64,000 nucleotides of DNA from Nitrospirota bacterium (lineage in GTDB: Bacteria; Nitrospirota; UBA9217). The translations under genes and the position numbers were made by a program. The DNA lies in the NCBI GenBank assembly GCA_963737155.1, contig CAVTRN010000002.1, positions 1,376,001 to 1,440,000 of the forward strand, in the 5' to 3' direction. A model generated the notes under the pieces. That model was not told the origin of the DNA. It saw only the letters and a list, made by a program, of their open reading frames with translations, and made no database searches. Below, piece by piece: positions 52,736-62,523 of the stretch (within the stretch, counting starts at the first letter, position 1; every line of letters begins with the position of its first letter).

Positions 52736-53137
52736 ATGTTTGGTTTTTTTCTGCGCTGGGCCATTAATCTGCTGGCTATGGTGATCGCCGGATCAATAAT
52801 CTCAGGTATCAGGATTCAGAGCATTGGGATAGGAATTATCGCCGCCGGAATTTTCGGCGTCGTGAACGCCGTTATAAGGCCGGTGGTTCTCATTCTTACG
52901 CTCCCGATCAATCTTCTTACCCTTGGTTTGTTTACCCTGGTGATTAACGCTGCGATGCTTGAGCTTGTGTCTGATGTTGTACCGGGGTTCACGATCGAAT
53001 CGTTTCGGGCAGCTTTTCTCGGCGCTTTGCTGATCAGTCTTATCAGCTGGCTGGTGAATATATTTGTCAGCGGCGACGGAACTTTTGTTTTCATTAAGCG
53101 GGTGCATAAAGATGATGACCGCCGGACGAGACGATGA
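52736..53137 (+). CDS. 4-TM phage-holin-family / YvlD membrane protein
   Basis: VNA.IRP....LTLPINLLTLGLFTLVINA; RBS AGGAGG. Confidence 0.9.
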   Translation: MFGFFLRWAINLLAMVIAGSIISGIRIQSIGIGIIAAGIFGVVNAVIRPVVLILTLPINLLTLGLFTLVINAAMLELVSDVVPGFTIESFRAAFLGALLISLISWLVNIFVSGDGTFVFIKRVHKDDDRRTRR

Positions 53138-53169
53138 AATGCATGGCATGAACGCTTGGAGTAATGAGG

Positions 53170-53891
53170 TATGACGCATATGTGTTTACCGGGTGGGTCC
53201 CGCCAGGATGAGCATAGAACTGAAACGGGATGATCCAGCTTCACGGGGCAGTAAGAGCATCCATGTTGGTTGTCATGAGTCTGGATATCCTTTCGATAGA
53301 CCATAATACCAGGTTGTCCGTTGTCGCCGGCATGCTCTCGGGGCCGGCGCTCGGTTTTATCGCTGTGGATGAAACGAATCTTTAACTTGCGATCATGGGG
53401 CATGGCGGGGTGATGGCGATAGGACTCAATACTTTGCTTTTCGGCGCGGAAGCACATCCTCGGATATTCCCTATTTTTGTATTTTCCGATAAGACTGTCG
53501 GTTTTCTGGAGTGCCAGTATCGCTACAGTGCTGATTCTGTTCATTACGGACCGGCGTTCTTCTCGGAATGTCTTTGATCAGATCCTTTCCACCATTGTCT
53601 GGAAAAGATATTTCATTTGCACCGCGGAACTACGGGTATGGGAAAGAAAAACGAACATAATGATCGAGCATAATTTGGCGAAACTCGGAGTTCGACCGTT
53701 TCGTGACACAACTTGTCTTTAACTTTTTGGTGGAGAAAAACGGCAAGCCGGCCCGTGTCGGCGTTCTGTTCGTGCGGATGGAACTACTGATTCCGGATGA
53801 ATCATACAAGGGTCTTGCTATCTGCTCCTGGACGAATTCATTATCCTCATTAATGCGTATAACCGGGACGGCATGGCCATTATTAAGTTAA
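53170..53891 (+). pseudogene. Decayed MgtC/SapB-family membrane protein
   Basis: Fragments in changing frames: GAVRASMLVVMS (cf. AGLRT.MLV), VVAGMLSG..LGFIA (cf. A.VV.GIGF.GAG) and WGMA...MAIG. Confidence 0.35.
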
Positions 53892-54170
53892 CCAACAACC
53901 TGAACCTCGTGCTGCATTCCACCTCTGTGTCTATGCTCTGTCCGGGGGCACAGGTTAATTGCTTCCCCTTGGAACATATTCATGCAAGCCGATGCATTGA
54001 AGCCGTCTAATATTGATCCATCGGTGCTCAAGGAATTATTTTAAACTGAGGAAGTGCGGCATTGCCGTGGATGTTCCTAATACAGGTAAAACAGGCCGTG
54101 AATCACTTGGCTCGGCTTGTATACAACTGAATTGCCGGTATGCCGAACTCGGCTCGGAAAAGGAGGCAAC

Positions 54171-55427
54171 ATGCCGCAGGGCGGTCTTGGACAACGACAG
54201 CGAGTTATTATTCCACTTTTTGCGCTCTTATTCGCCGCCATGATCTGCATAGGTGTCGCTGCAGGATATTTTATTTTCAAGGGTGAGCGGATGGGTGTCA
54301 TCCTCTCCTTCGTTCTTCTGTTATTGAGTCCGGCGGTCGCCTATCTGCTGTATAAAAAGACCATTTTCCCTTCTTATCGCAGCTTGGAGGACGCAAACCT
54401 TGAACTTCATTTAAAGCAGGAAGAACTCCTGGATGTCAAAGATGACCTGTTTATAAAGTTTCTGGGCATGTATGACGTCAACTTTGCAGCGAATTCTCCG
54501 AAATTATTCTCAGAGCGTTTGAAGGATGTAGCTGATATCACCGCGAGGGTCATGGAAGCCGATGCCTGCTTTGTTTTTCTCTATGACCGGACGAAAGACG
54601 ACCTTGTTTTTTCGGCCTCCAACGGTATTCAGGAAGGCGCAATAGGGAAGGTTCGCATCCCTCTTGGTGAAGGTGTAGAGGGATGGGTTGGAAGACGGCT
54701 CGAGCCGCTCACATTAAGGGATTATAGAGCCGATTCGCGGTTCCGGGAGATCGCCGGTCTTTCGCTTATCGGGTATGTATCAGTCTATTGTCTTCCTCTT
54801 TATGTATATTCAAACGGAGTTCTTGTGGGCGTCATGGAGGTGTTTTACGGGAAGGCGAAGACATATTCAGACGAAGAGATTAATTTCTTCACGTCGTTGT
54901 CCGGGATCCTTTCAACGACGATTCAAAACGAACAGATGCAGTCTGAACTGCGGAAGATGAATATTGAACTCGAACAGTGGGTCACCGAAAAAATCGAGGA
55001 ACTCCGCGCATCGGAGGAGCGTTACCGAGTCCTGGTGGAGAATGCCTGCCAGTCGATCTTCCTTCTTGCCACGAATGGAGATATCCTCTTCGCAAATGAT
55101 CAGGCAGAGAAACTGACCAAATATGCGAAGTATGATCTCCTGCACAAAAACTTCTTTGAGCTTTTTGTTGTCGGCCCTAAAAATCCGAGGGAAATCCTGT
55201 CAGATGTTACCAAGGGGCAGCAGACAGTGATGCAGGGAGAACTCAGCCGCGCCGATGGCAGTGTCGTTCCCGTAGAGGTGAGCGGCGTGGAGCTCTCTCT
55301 CATGGGGAAGCGATTTGTTCAGGCTGTTGTTCAAGATGTCTCCACTCAGGTGCGTCTTGAACAGCTTCTCCTCAGAAAAGAACAGGAATTGGCCGAACTG
55401 AAGGCACGGCTAAACACCGGCGGGTAA
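54171..55427 (+). CDS. Membrane-anchored GAF plus PAS sensor protein without output domain
   Basis: Two TM helices; GAF (RIPLGEGVEGWVG...EPL); LRASEERYR.LVE linker; PAS ending VVQDVS; short coiled-coil tail. RBS AAGGAGG. Confidence 0.88.
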   Translation: MPQGGLGQRQRVIIPLFALLFAAMICIGVAAGYFIFKGERMGVILSFVLLLLSPAVAYLLYKKTIFPSYRSLEDANLELHLKQEELLDVKDDLFIKFLGMYDVNFAANSPKLFSERLKDVADITARVMEADACFVFLYDRTKDDLVFSASNGIQEGAIGKVRIPLGEGVEGWVGRRLEPLTLRDYRADSRFREIAGLSLIGYVSVYCLPLYVYSNGVLVGVMEVFYGKAKTYSDEEINFFTSLSGILSTTIQNEQMQSELRKMNIELEQWVTEKIEELRASEERYRVLVENACQSIFLLATNGDILFANDQAEKLTKYAKYDLLHKNFFELFVVGPKNPREILSDVTKGQQTVMQGELSRADGSVVPVEVSGVELSLMGKRFVQAVVQDVSTQVRLEQLLLRKEQELAELKARLNTGG

Positions 55428-55483
55428 TACCTCTAACCTTCCTTTCTCCGCGTGTTTTTTATCTTTACAGAAATTGGAACATA

Positions 55484-55499
55484 TGGTATAAATTATGCA
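55484..55499 (+). promoter_or_regulatory. Possible sigma54 -24/-12 promoter upstream of lptC
   Basis: TGGTATAAATTATGCA (GG-N10-GC). Confidence 0.3.
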
Positions 55500-55535
55500 T
55501 GTGGCGGTCTGCGGTTGCCATATGCTTGTATGACT

Positions 55536-56111
55536 ATGAAAGTGAACAGAACACTAATCCAACTTTTTCTGATGTTTCTGATTGTCGGTGCCAGTGTTTA
55601 TGGCGGTTATCTGCTTATACGGGAAACAAGTGAAAGTAATATACCGTCCGTGTTGCAACCATCGGTCTCCGGTGTGCTGCGTCCGCTGATGAGCATGGAG
55701 GGATTCAGATTTGCTCAATCGGAAAACGGGGTTATTTCCTGGCGGATGAATGCAAGGAATGCCGTGCTTTTTGATAACAAGGAAGCTAAACTTAATGATG
55801 TGGAAATTGACTTCAAGAATCCCGACGGCAAAGAAGCGACTCTTTTCGGCGACACCGGGAATATGGACACAACGAGCGGAAATGCATCCGTCCATCGTAT
55901 ATCGCAGGACGTCAGGATTGCTACGGCTGATGGTTATCTTCTGACCACCAGTTCGCTTTTCTGGAAAGCCGGGGAACGGCTCGTCTCGACCCCCGACCCG
56001 TTTAAATTGCTGGGAAGCAAGATATACCTCGAGGGTGTGGGCATAACGGCGAATGTCGATTTGCATACCTTTGTGGTGGAAGACAATGTCAAAACCATAC
56101 TGCAGAAATAG
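55536..56111 (+). CDS. lptC: LPS export protein LptC
   Basis: N-terminal TM and beta-jellyroll-like body (W...A..A, L.T..L.W); upstream of lptA-lptB. Confidence 0.88.
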   Translation: MKVNRTLIQLFLMFLIVGASVYGGYLLIRETSESNIPSVLQPSVSGVLRPLMSMEGFRFAQSENGVISWRMNARNAVLFDNKEAKLNDVEIDFKNPDGKEATLFGDTGNMDTTSGNASVHRISQDVRIATADGYLLTTSSLFWKAGERLVSTPDPFKLLGSKIYLEGVGITANVDLHTFVVEDNVKTILQK

Positions 56112-56610
56112 TCTGTTTATACTGGTTGCAGTCGTACTTATGGCCGCAGCGTCTCCGTCCCAAGGTACAAAGCCGGAGAAAGCAGCGGAGGAACCTATAG
56201 TAATAACCTCGAACCGCATGGAAGCAGAGCAACTCGGGGATAAGGTGACGTTCACTGGGAATGTGCTGCTCAAAAAAGAAAAGATGACGCTGCAGTCCGA
56301 TTCTATGATCGTGTACTATGATACAAGTTCAAAGAATATTAAGGAGATAGATGCCTTCGGCAATGTCATCGTGCGGAAGGATGGTAGGATTGCGCTCGCG
56401 AAGGAAGCCTTCTATTACACAGGTGAAGAGAAAATCGTCCTAACCGGCGATGCGCGGATTATCGAGAACGATAATGAACTCGGCGGTAAAAAAATTACCT
56501 TGTTCTTGAAAGACGACCACAGCATCGTTGAGGGCGGTACGGTGTTGTTCTATCAGGACAAAACGGATAACAAAATGGAAAGACTGGAACAGGGGAATAA
56601 GCAGAAGTAA
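56086..56610 (+). CDS. lptA: LPS transport periplasmic protein LptA
   Basis: Signal peptide, PI.ITS, FTGNV, A.GNV, IVLTG.A, G..I. Confidence 0.9.
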   Translation: MSKPYCRNSLFILVAVVLMAAASPSQGTKPEKAAEEPIVITSNRMEAEQLGDKVTFTGNVLLKKEKMTLQSDSMIVYYDTSSKNIKEIDAFGNVIVRKDGRIALAKEAFYYTGEEKIVLTGDARIIENDNELGGKKITLFLKDDHSIVEGGTVLFYQDKTDNKMERLEQGNKQK

Positions 56611-56623
56611 AAAAAAGGATCGC

Positions 56624-57346
56624 ATGCAGGCGCTTGAAGCGAAACGGCTAGAAAAGAGCTACCGCGGTAAAAAAATTGTACGTGGAGTAAGTCTACAGGT
56701 AAGGCAGGGGGAGGTCGTTGGACTTCTCGGACCGAACGGAGCAGGCAAGACTACGACATTTTATATGGTTGTCGGACTTGTGAGACCGGACCAAGGCAGG
56801 GTTCTTCTCGAAGGTACGGACATCACGAAAATGCCGATGTATCTGCGCGCGAAAAACGGCATAGGTTACCTGCCGCAGGAGCCCTCCGTTTTTAGAAAAC
56901 TGACTGTGGCCCAGAACCTTATGGCCGTTCTTGAGACCATGAGCCTCTCATCGGCCGAGAGAAAAGAGCGCAGGGACGGGTTGCTCGAGGAACTGGGGAT
57001 AGCTCATCTGGCTGACAGCATGGCGTATACGCTGTCGGGAGGGGAACGTAGACGGGTTGAAATAGCACGGGCGCTTACGCTGTCTCCGAAATTCATTCTT
57101 CTCGATGAGCCGTTTGCGGGCATCGATCCGCTCGCCGTGCAAGACATACAGGGTATCATCTCCTTTCTCAAGGGAAAAGGGATTGGTATTTTAATCACCG
57201 ACCACAATGTTCGCGAGACCCTCGCTATTACCGACCGTGCGTATATCATCAACGAAGGGAAGATCATTGAAGCAGGGACTTCGGCAGAAATCACGGCGAG
57301 CCCACGAGTACGGGAATTTTATTTGGGTGAAACTTTTCAATTATAA
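56624..57346 (+). CDS. lptB: LPS export ABC ATPase LptB
   Basis: [55 protein letters not shown]. Confidence 0.97.
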   Translation: MQALEAKRLEKSYRGKKIVRGVSLQVRQGEVVGLLGPNGAGKTTTFYMVVGLVRPDQGRVLLEGTDITKMPMYLRAKNGIGYLPQEPSVFRKLTVAQNLMAVLETMSLSSAERKERRDGLLEELGIAHLADSMAYTLSGGERRRVEIARALTLSPKFILLDEPFAGIDPLAVQDIQGIISFLKGKGIGILITDHNVRETLAITDRAYIINEGKIIEAGTSAEITASPRVREFYLGETFQL

Positions 57347-57460
57347 TAAAGAAGAGAGAGGCGCAGTCAGGAACCAGGAGCCGGAAGCGGTGAGTTTGCT
57401 AAAAGGCGTTATGCCTTTCTTCCGATTTCTGACAACTGGCCCCCTAAATTCGGTTTAATT

Positions 57461-58930
57461 ATGGAAGCCCGGCTTGAACTAAAACTTTCTCAGAAACTTA
57501 TCATGACGCCTCAACTGCAGCAGGCGATTAAGTTGCTCCAACTGTCGCGGCTTGAGCTGGTGCAGTCTGTCTCCCAAGAGCTTATAGAAAACCCCGTTCT
57601 TGAGGAAGTTACTCCGGAAACTGCTGAAGATTCGTCGGAAGGTGATGAAGTCTCGGCCCCTGAAACGTCGCAGACTATGGAATCCGTTGCGGAGGCTCCG
57701 CCTGAGCAGGAACGGGCGGAAGAACTAAAGAGCGATCTTGCACTTGGCCCCGAATGGGATGAGTATCTGAACGAACTTGGGGATGGCCGGGATTACGGGA
57801 ATGCCGAAGCTGATGATAAGGAACTTCCGTCCTACGATCAAACGCTGACCAGGCTCCCGTCGCTGAGCGACCATCTGATGTGGCAGCTTCACCTATCGAC
57901 ATCGGACGCTGGCATCGTGAAGGCGGGAGAGTGGATAATCGGGAACATGGATGATGACGGGTATCTCCGCGCTACACTCGAGGAACTCTCGCAGCAATCA
58001 GACATGCCCATCGCTATCATGGAACGGGCGCATGACCTTATCCGAGGTTTCGACCCCTCCGGTGTAGGGGCGCGCGATCTCCGGGAGTGTTTGTTGATTC
58101 AAGCAAAGCAGCTGGATCTGCAGGGGACGCTCGTTGAAAAGATCATTGAAGCGCATCTTCCCGATCTGGAAAAGAGAAAATACGCGAACATCGCAAAAAC
58201 CCTGAACGTTACTCCACAGGAAGTAATGGAGGCATCACACGTAATCATCCATGAGCTAGAGCCGAAACCGGGCCGGCCCTTCCTTGCAGCCGATACGAAT
58301 TACGTAGTGCCCGATGTTTATGTAATAAAGATAGAAGACCGATATGTAGTGCAGCTCAATGAGGAAGGACTCCCGAGGGTGCGGATCAATTCATACTACC
58401 GGAAACTGCTGCACTCCAGGGAAACGGTCGACAAGGTAACCAAGGAATACGTGGAGGAACGCCTCCGCTCGGCGCAATGGCTTATCAAGGGAATGGAGCA
58501 GAGGAACAAAACGATTTACCGGGTTGCCGAAAGCATTGTGAAATTTCAGCGGGACTTTCTGGACAATGGTATTTCTCATCTGAAGCCGATGGTTCTCAAG
58601 GACGTGGCGGCGGACATCAGCATGCACGAGTCGACGATAAGCCGCGTCACCACAAACAAGTACATGCACACCCCCCAGGGTATTTCCCCGATGAAATACT
58701 TTTTCACGACAGGATTCATGGCCGGGACGGGCACCGAGGTTTCTTCGCTAACCGTCAAAGACGCTATTCAGAAAATGATCCAGGAAGAAGACCCGTCCTC
58801 ACCCTTGAAAGACCAGCAGATTGTCGATGCATTAAAAACCCGGGATGTAGATATTGCGCGCCGAACCGTAGCCAAGTACCGTGAGGAGCTGAGGATTCCA
58901 CCGACCAGTGTGAGAAAAAGGACCGGATGA
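57461..58930 (+). CDS. rpoN: RNA polymerase sigma-54 factor
   Basis: MTPQLQQAIKLLQL, HESTISR, RpoN box ARRTVAKYRE. Confidence 0.98.
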   Translation: MEARLELKLSQKLIMTPQLQQAIKLLQLSRLELVQSVSQELIENPVLEEVTPETAEDSSEGDEVSAPETSQTMESVAEAPPEQERAEELKSDLALGPEWDEYLNELGDGRDYGNAEADDKELPSYDQTLTRLPSLSDHLMWQLHLSTSDAGIVKAGEWIIGNMDDDGYLRATLEELSQQSDMPIAIMERAHDLIRGFDPSGVGARDLRECLLIQAKQLDLQGTLVEKIIEAHLPDLEKRKYANIAKTLNVTPQEVMEASHVIIHELEPKPGRPFLAADTNYVVPDVYVIKIEDRYVVQLNEEGLPRVRINSYYRKLLHSRETVDKVTKEYVEERLRSAQWLIKGMEQRNKTIYRVAESIVKFQRDFLDNGISHLKPMVLKDVAADISMHESTISRVTTNKYMHTPQGISPMKYFFTTGFMAGTGTEVSSLTVKDAIQKMIQEEDPSSPLKDQQIVDALKTRDVDIARRTVAKYREELRIPPTSVRKRTG

Positions 58931-59104
58931 GGTTGGTGCGCATCTGCAACAAGGATGCCGACCTCAGGGAATCCTGGACAGGAGGGCTGGGACCGTATTC
59001 TATATCCGCACAATCATGAAGGTTGCAAATCGCTATAGCCTGAAGGAGGAACAGAGGATCTTTATATGCGCTTTGCTTCAGGCAGAACTTTACCCCGTTT
59101 AAAA

Positions 59105-59120
59105 AGGAATCATTTTTGCA
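59105..59120 (+). promoter_or_regulatory. Possible sigma54 promoter upstream of hpf
   Basis: AGGAATCATTTTTGCA (GG-N10-GC, TTGC at -12), 32 nt before the ATG. Confidence 0.35.
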
Positions 59121-59152
59121 AATATTTATGATCTGAGAGCAAGGAGGCTCCC

Positions 59153-59683
59153 ATGCAGGTAAGTGTTATCGGAAGGCACATTGAGGTCACAGAAGCGCTC
59201 AAGCTGTATGCTACGGAAAAATTCAACCGCTTGGGAAAATATCTTCCGAAGGCGCTGGATGTGGTAATTACCCTTTCAGTCGTAAAAAAAGTTCACCACA
59301 TCGCGGAGGCGGTTATTAAATCGAATGGTGTGCTGATCCAGGCGTCTGAAGAAACCGAGGAGATGTATTCAGCTATCGATCTGTTAATCGAGAAGATCGA
59401 AAGGCGCGTCAGACGGTACAAGGAAAAGCTGGTTGACCATAAACATCATGGTGGCAGAACCGAGGTTTCGGAGGGTTTGTCGTCCCATGCAGACGATCGC
59501 ATACCCCAAATCATCAAAACCAAACGCTTTGACCTCAAACCCATGCTGCCGGAGGAAGCGGTGATGCAGATGGAACTTTTGGACAAGGATTTTTTTATTT
59601 TTGCCAATGCTGGTAGCGGCCAGGTAAATGTTATTTATAAGAGAAGAGACGGCAACGTAGGACTCATTGAGCCCGCTAGATAG
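59153..59683 (+). CDS. hpf: Ribosome hibernation factor (long HPF/RaiA)
   Basis: GRHIEVTEAL..Y..EK, MYSAID, C-terminal KPM..EEA..QM...F..F.N, VIYKR.DG. Confidence 0.96.
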   Translation: MQVSVIGRHIEVTEALKLYATEKFNRLGKYLPKALDVVITLSVVKKVHHIAEAVIKSNGVLIQASEETEEMYSAIDLLIEKIERRVRRYKEKLVDHKHHGGRTEVSEGLSSHADDRIPQIIKTKRFDLKPMLPEEAVMQMELLDKDFFIFANAGSGQVNVIYKRRDGNVGLIEPAR

Positions 59684-59701
59684 CAGGACGGACGCATCGA
59701 G

Positions 59702-60187
59702 ATGGCCACAATTAAGGATCTTTTGCAAGACGACCTGATCATTGAAGACATTGCAGCGACTGATAAAAATGGGGTGCTTCGAGAGTTCGCACGGCTGCTG
59801 AGGGTAAAAGGAAAAATTGAGGATGAAGAGGTTCTTGTCCGTGTACTAACGGAACGGGAGGCTTTTGGCAGCACGGGCATCGGTGACGGCGTGGCCATCC
59901 CACATGGTAAACTGGGCAATGTTCCGGGCATAATTGTTGCCTTCGGCAGGTCAAAGCGGGGGGTGGAGTATCAGTCGCTAGATGCAAAACCCGTTTTTCT
60001 CTTTTTCCTTCTCGTAACACCTGATGACAAACCCGGGGACCATTTAATGACCCTTGCGCGGATAACCAGAATTCTCAAAAACACCGCGCTGCGGACCAGC
60101 CTGAGGCGGGCTTCCGGGCGGCGAGAGATGCGGATACTCTTATTTGAAGAAGACAGTAAATATTTTCAACCCGTAACGCAAAGATGA
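59702..60187 (+). CDS. ptsN: PTS EIIA (Ntr/Fru type)
   Basis: RE..GSTGIGDGVAIPHG; follows rpoN-hpf. Confidence 0.92.
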   Translation: MATIKDLLQDDLIIEDIAATDKNGVLREFARLLRVKGKIEDEEVLVRVLTEREAFGSTGIGDGVAIPHGKLGNVPGIIVAFGRSKRGVEYQSLDAKPVFLFFLLVTPDDKPGDHLMTLARITRILKNTALRTSLRRASGRREMRILLFEEDSKYFQPVTQR

Positions 60188-61068
60188 TTGTTACCGTTGG
60201 AAATCTAGCCGGGGTCGCTAAGGTTATTGTGGGACACTCAGGTCTTGGGCGACGCATCCTCTCGCCACAGGTAATTTCGCTTGATTTGGGCTCACTAACG
60301 GCGGATCGCGCGAAAATATCGTGTGTACTGCATATCCGACCTAGTCAGTCAAACTATCTTTGCTCACTCCCTCTCAAAGACCGCACCGGCGTCGTCCGCG
60401 CCCTTATAAAACTGAGGCCTGCTTGCCTGCTGCTGACAGGTGGGAAGATCTGTCAGGAACTGCTCGCCAGGGCGGAAGCGGCCCGTATCCCTGTTCTGAA
60501 GACCACAAAACTGACGCAATTGACGCGGCTGCTTGCAGATCAGCTGGAAGCGCACATCAGCATGCACGGCGTCTTGGTTCAGATCTTCAGTCTTGGCACG
60601 TTGATCATCGGCGAAAGCGCCATCGGCAAAAGCGAAGCCGCTCTCGATCTCGTATTGCGTGGTCATAAACTGATAGCTGACGATGTGGTCATCATCGAGA
60701 AGACCGATGATGAAATCAGCGGGAAACCGACCGAGATGGGGGCGGACCTACTGCAGATCCGAGGGCTGGGAATCATCGATGTCCGGGCTCTTTATGGAGA
60801 GTCCGCTACCCTGAGTTCTTCGCGGATCGGGCTGGTGGTAGAGCTGGAAGAGTGGGGAAAAGGTCATCAGTACAGCCTGGTAGGCCTGCGTGAGCGTCGG
60901 TATCGCTTGCTCGGTGTCAATCTGCCCTACCTTAAGCTTCCGGTCAAACCTGGGCGGAACATGGCCACACTCATCGAAGTGGCCGCTAGGAATCAGATGC
61001 TGAAGAACCGCGGGATATTTACCGCAAAGGATTTGAATAAGCGGCTTCTCAAGAGGCTTTCAGGATGA
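60184..61068 (+). CDS. hprK: HPr kinase/phosphorylase
   Basis: HGVLV, GESAIGKSE, HKLIADD, IRGLGII, PVKPGRN...IEVAARN. Confidence 0.93.
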   Translation: MIVTVGNLAGVAKVIVGHSGLGRRILSPQVISLDLGSLTADRAKISCVLHIRPSQSNYLCSLPLKDRTGVVRALIKLRPACLLLTGGKICQELLARAEAARIPVLKTTKLTQLTRLLADQLEAHISMHGVLVQIFSLGTLIIGESAIGKSEAALDLVLRGHKLIADDVVIIEKTDDEISGKPTEMGADLLQIRGLGIIDVRALYGESATLSSSRIGLVVELEEWGKGHQYSLVGLRERRYRLLGVNLPYLKLPVKPGRNMATLIEVAARNQMLKNRGIFTAKDLNKRLLKRLSG

Positions 61069-61934
61069 AAAAACCGCACATGATTGTCGTGACCGGACTC
61101 TCAGGTTCAGGTAGGAGTGCCGCACTTAAAGCCTTCGAGGATATTGGCTTTTATTGCGTCGATAATCTTCCTCTTATGCTGCTTCCCGCGTTTGTGGATT
61201 TTGCCTTTCAATCGGAACAGGCGTCCCGGTCCGCAATCGGTATCGATGTCAGGGAAAGGGGATTTCTTGAACGGTTTCCCGCTCTCTATGGGCAATTAAA
61301 GTCCCGCAGTCAGGGCATCGCCATCGAACTTCTATTCTTAGACGCATCGGACCAGACAATTGTTCGGAGGTTCAGCGAAACCCGGCGGCCCCATCCGCTT
61401 GCTCGCGGAGCAACTCCTCTTCTTGACGGCATCAGAGAAGAACGGGCGGAACTCGGTGCTGTCCGGAAACTTGCCGACCGGATCATTGAAACATCAGACT
61501 ACACAGTGCATGATCTGAGACAGACGATAGAACGCCAATACTCCGCTGACGACGCCGGTAGGCCTATGGTGATTACTCTTGTTACGTTCGGCTATAAATA
61601 TGGCGTTCCCTATGATCTTGATCTACTCTTCGATTTGCGTTTTTTGCCGAACCCGCATTTCGTCCCTCACCTGCGGCCTTTAACGGGAGAGGATGCAAGC
61701 GTTAGGGAGTATATTATGGAGCGTTCTGATTCCCTCGAATTTCTCGTGCGATTGCAGGAATTTCTCGAATATCTTCTCCCTCGCTATAGAAGCGAAGGCA
61801 AGAGCTATCTAACAATCGGGTTCGGTTGCACCGGCGGGCGACACCGATCTGTGGGATTCGCGTTGCTGGTTGCTGACCGTCTTAGACATAGCGGGTACGA
61901 AGTAAACATCAAACATCGGGACATAGGGATCTAA
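61065..61934 (+). CDS. rapZ: RNase adapter RapZ
   Basis: TGLSGSGRS, CVDNLP, RRFSETRRPHPL, FGYKYG, GCTGGRHRSV. Confidence 0.96.
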   Translation: MKKPHMIVVTGLSGSGRSAALKAFEDIGFYCVDNLPLMLLPAFVDFAFQSEQASRSAIGIDVRERGFLERFPALYGQLKSRSQGIAIELLFLDASDQTIVRRFSETRRPHPLARGATPLLDGIREERAELGAVRKLADRIIETSDYTVHDLRQTIERQYSADDAGRPMVITLVTFGYKYGVPYDLDLLFDLRFLPNPHFVPHLRPLTGEDASVREYIMERSDSLEFLVRLQEFLEYLLPRYRSEGKSYLTIGFGCTGGRHRSVGFALLVADRLRHSGYEVNIKHRDIGI

Positions 61935-61935
61935 A

Positions 61936-62097
61936 GAGCCTTGAGAGTCTTGTGAGTTTGGTGGATTTACGGAGTTCATAACGTCTGAAGAAAAGCATCT
62001 GCGTTCGTGTCACCTAATAGACACTAAAGATCCTGTTGACCCCTTGTACTGCATAGACTCCATATACACAATGAACTCGAAGAACTCTTCAGAATTT
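61936..62097. repeat. 9-nt-periodic inverted repeat array
   Basis: Left GAGCCTTGA/GAGTCTTGT/GAGTTTGGT/GGATTTACG/GAGTTCATA; right AGACACTAA/.../AGACTCCAT/.../GAACTCGAA/GAACTCTTC. Confidence 0.6.
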
Positions 62098-62113
62098 AAA
62101 AGGAGATGCGGAA

Positions 62114-62515
62114 ATGATTGGACTGGTGGTAGTATGTCATGAGGATATGGGCTCTGAACTGGTCAAAGCCGCAGAAATGATTGTCGGAAAGATAGATGCC
62201 GTGGCGTCAATCAGTGTAAAAGAGGACAGTGCTCCGGAAGCGCTCAGGGATCAGATCCAAGCCGCCATTAAGAAGGTAGACCGGAAAAATGGCATCATGC
62301 TGCTCACTGATATGTTCGGTGGCACGCCGTCCAACATCGCTCTTGCCTTCCTTGGAGAGACCATAGAAGTTGTAACCGGCGTCAACTTGTCCATGCTGAT
62401 AAAGTTTGCGAACCACCGTGACGAAAAACCTCTTCCGGAACTCGCTAAACTTATTCAGGAGGCTGCACAGAAGAGTATCGTGATTGCGAGTCAGATGCTG
62501 AAAGGGAAAAAATAA
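62114..62515 (+). CDS. PTS mannose-family EIIA
   Basis: MIGLVVVCH (phospho-His), LTDMFGGTPSN, GVNL.ML. Confidence 0.94.
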   Translation: MIGLVVVCHEDMGSELVKAAEMIVGKIDAVASISVKEDSAPEALRDQIQAAIKKVDRKNGIMLLTDMFGGTPSNIALAFLGETIEVVTGVNLSMLIKFANHRDEKPLPELAKLIQEAAQKSIVIASQMLKGKK

Positions 62516-62523
62516 AACCGGAA

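Noticed and set aside
52736-53137. Prophage suggested by the holin-family gene
   Set aside because: YvlD-type proteins are usually chromosomal, and no phage genes lie nearby.
58931-59100. raiA-motif RNA upstream of hpf
   Set aside because: Two hairpins are visible, but I could not match conserved raiA motif features.
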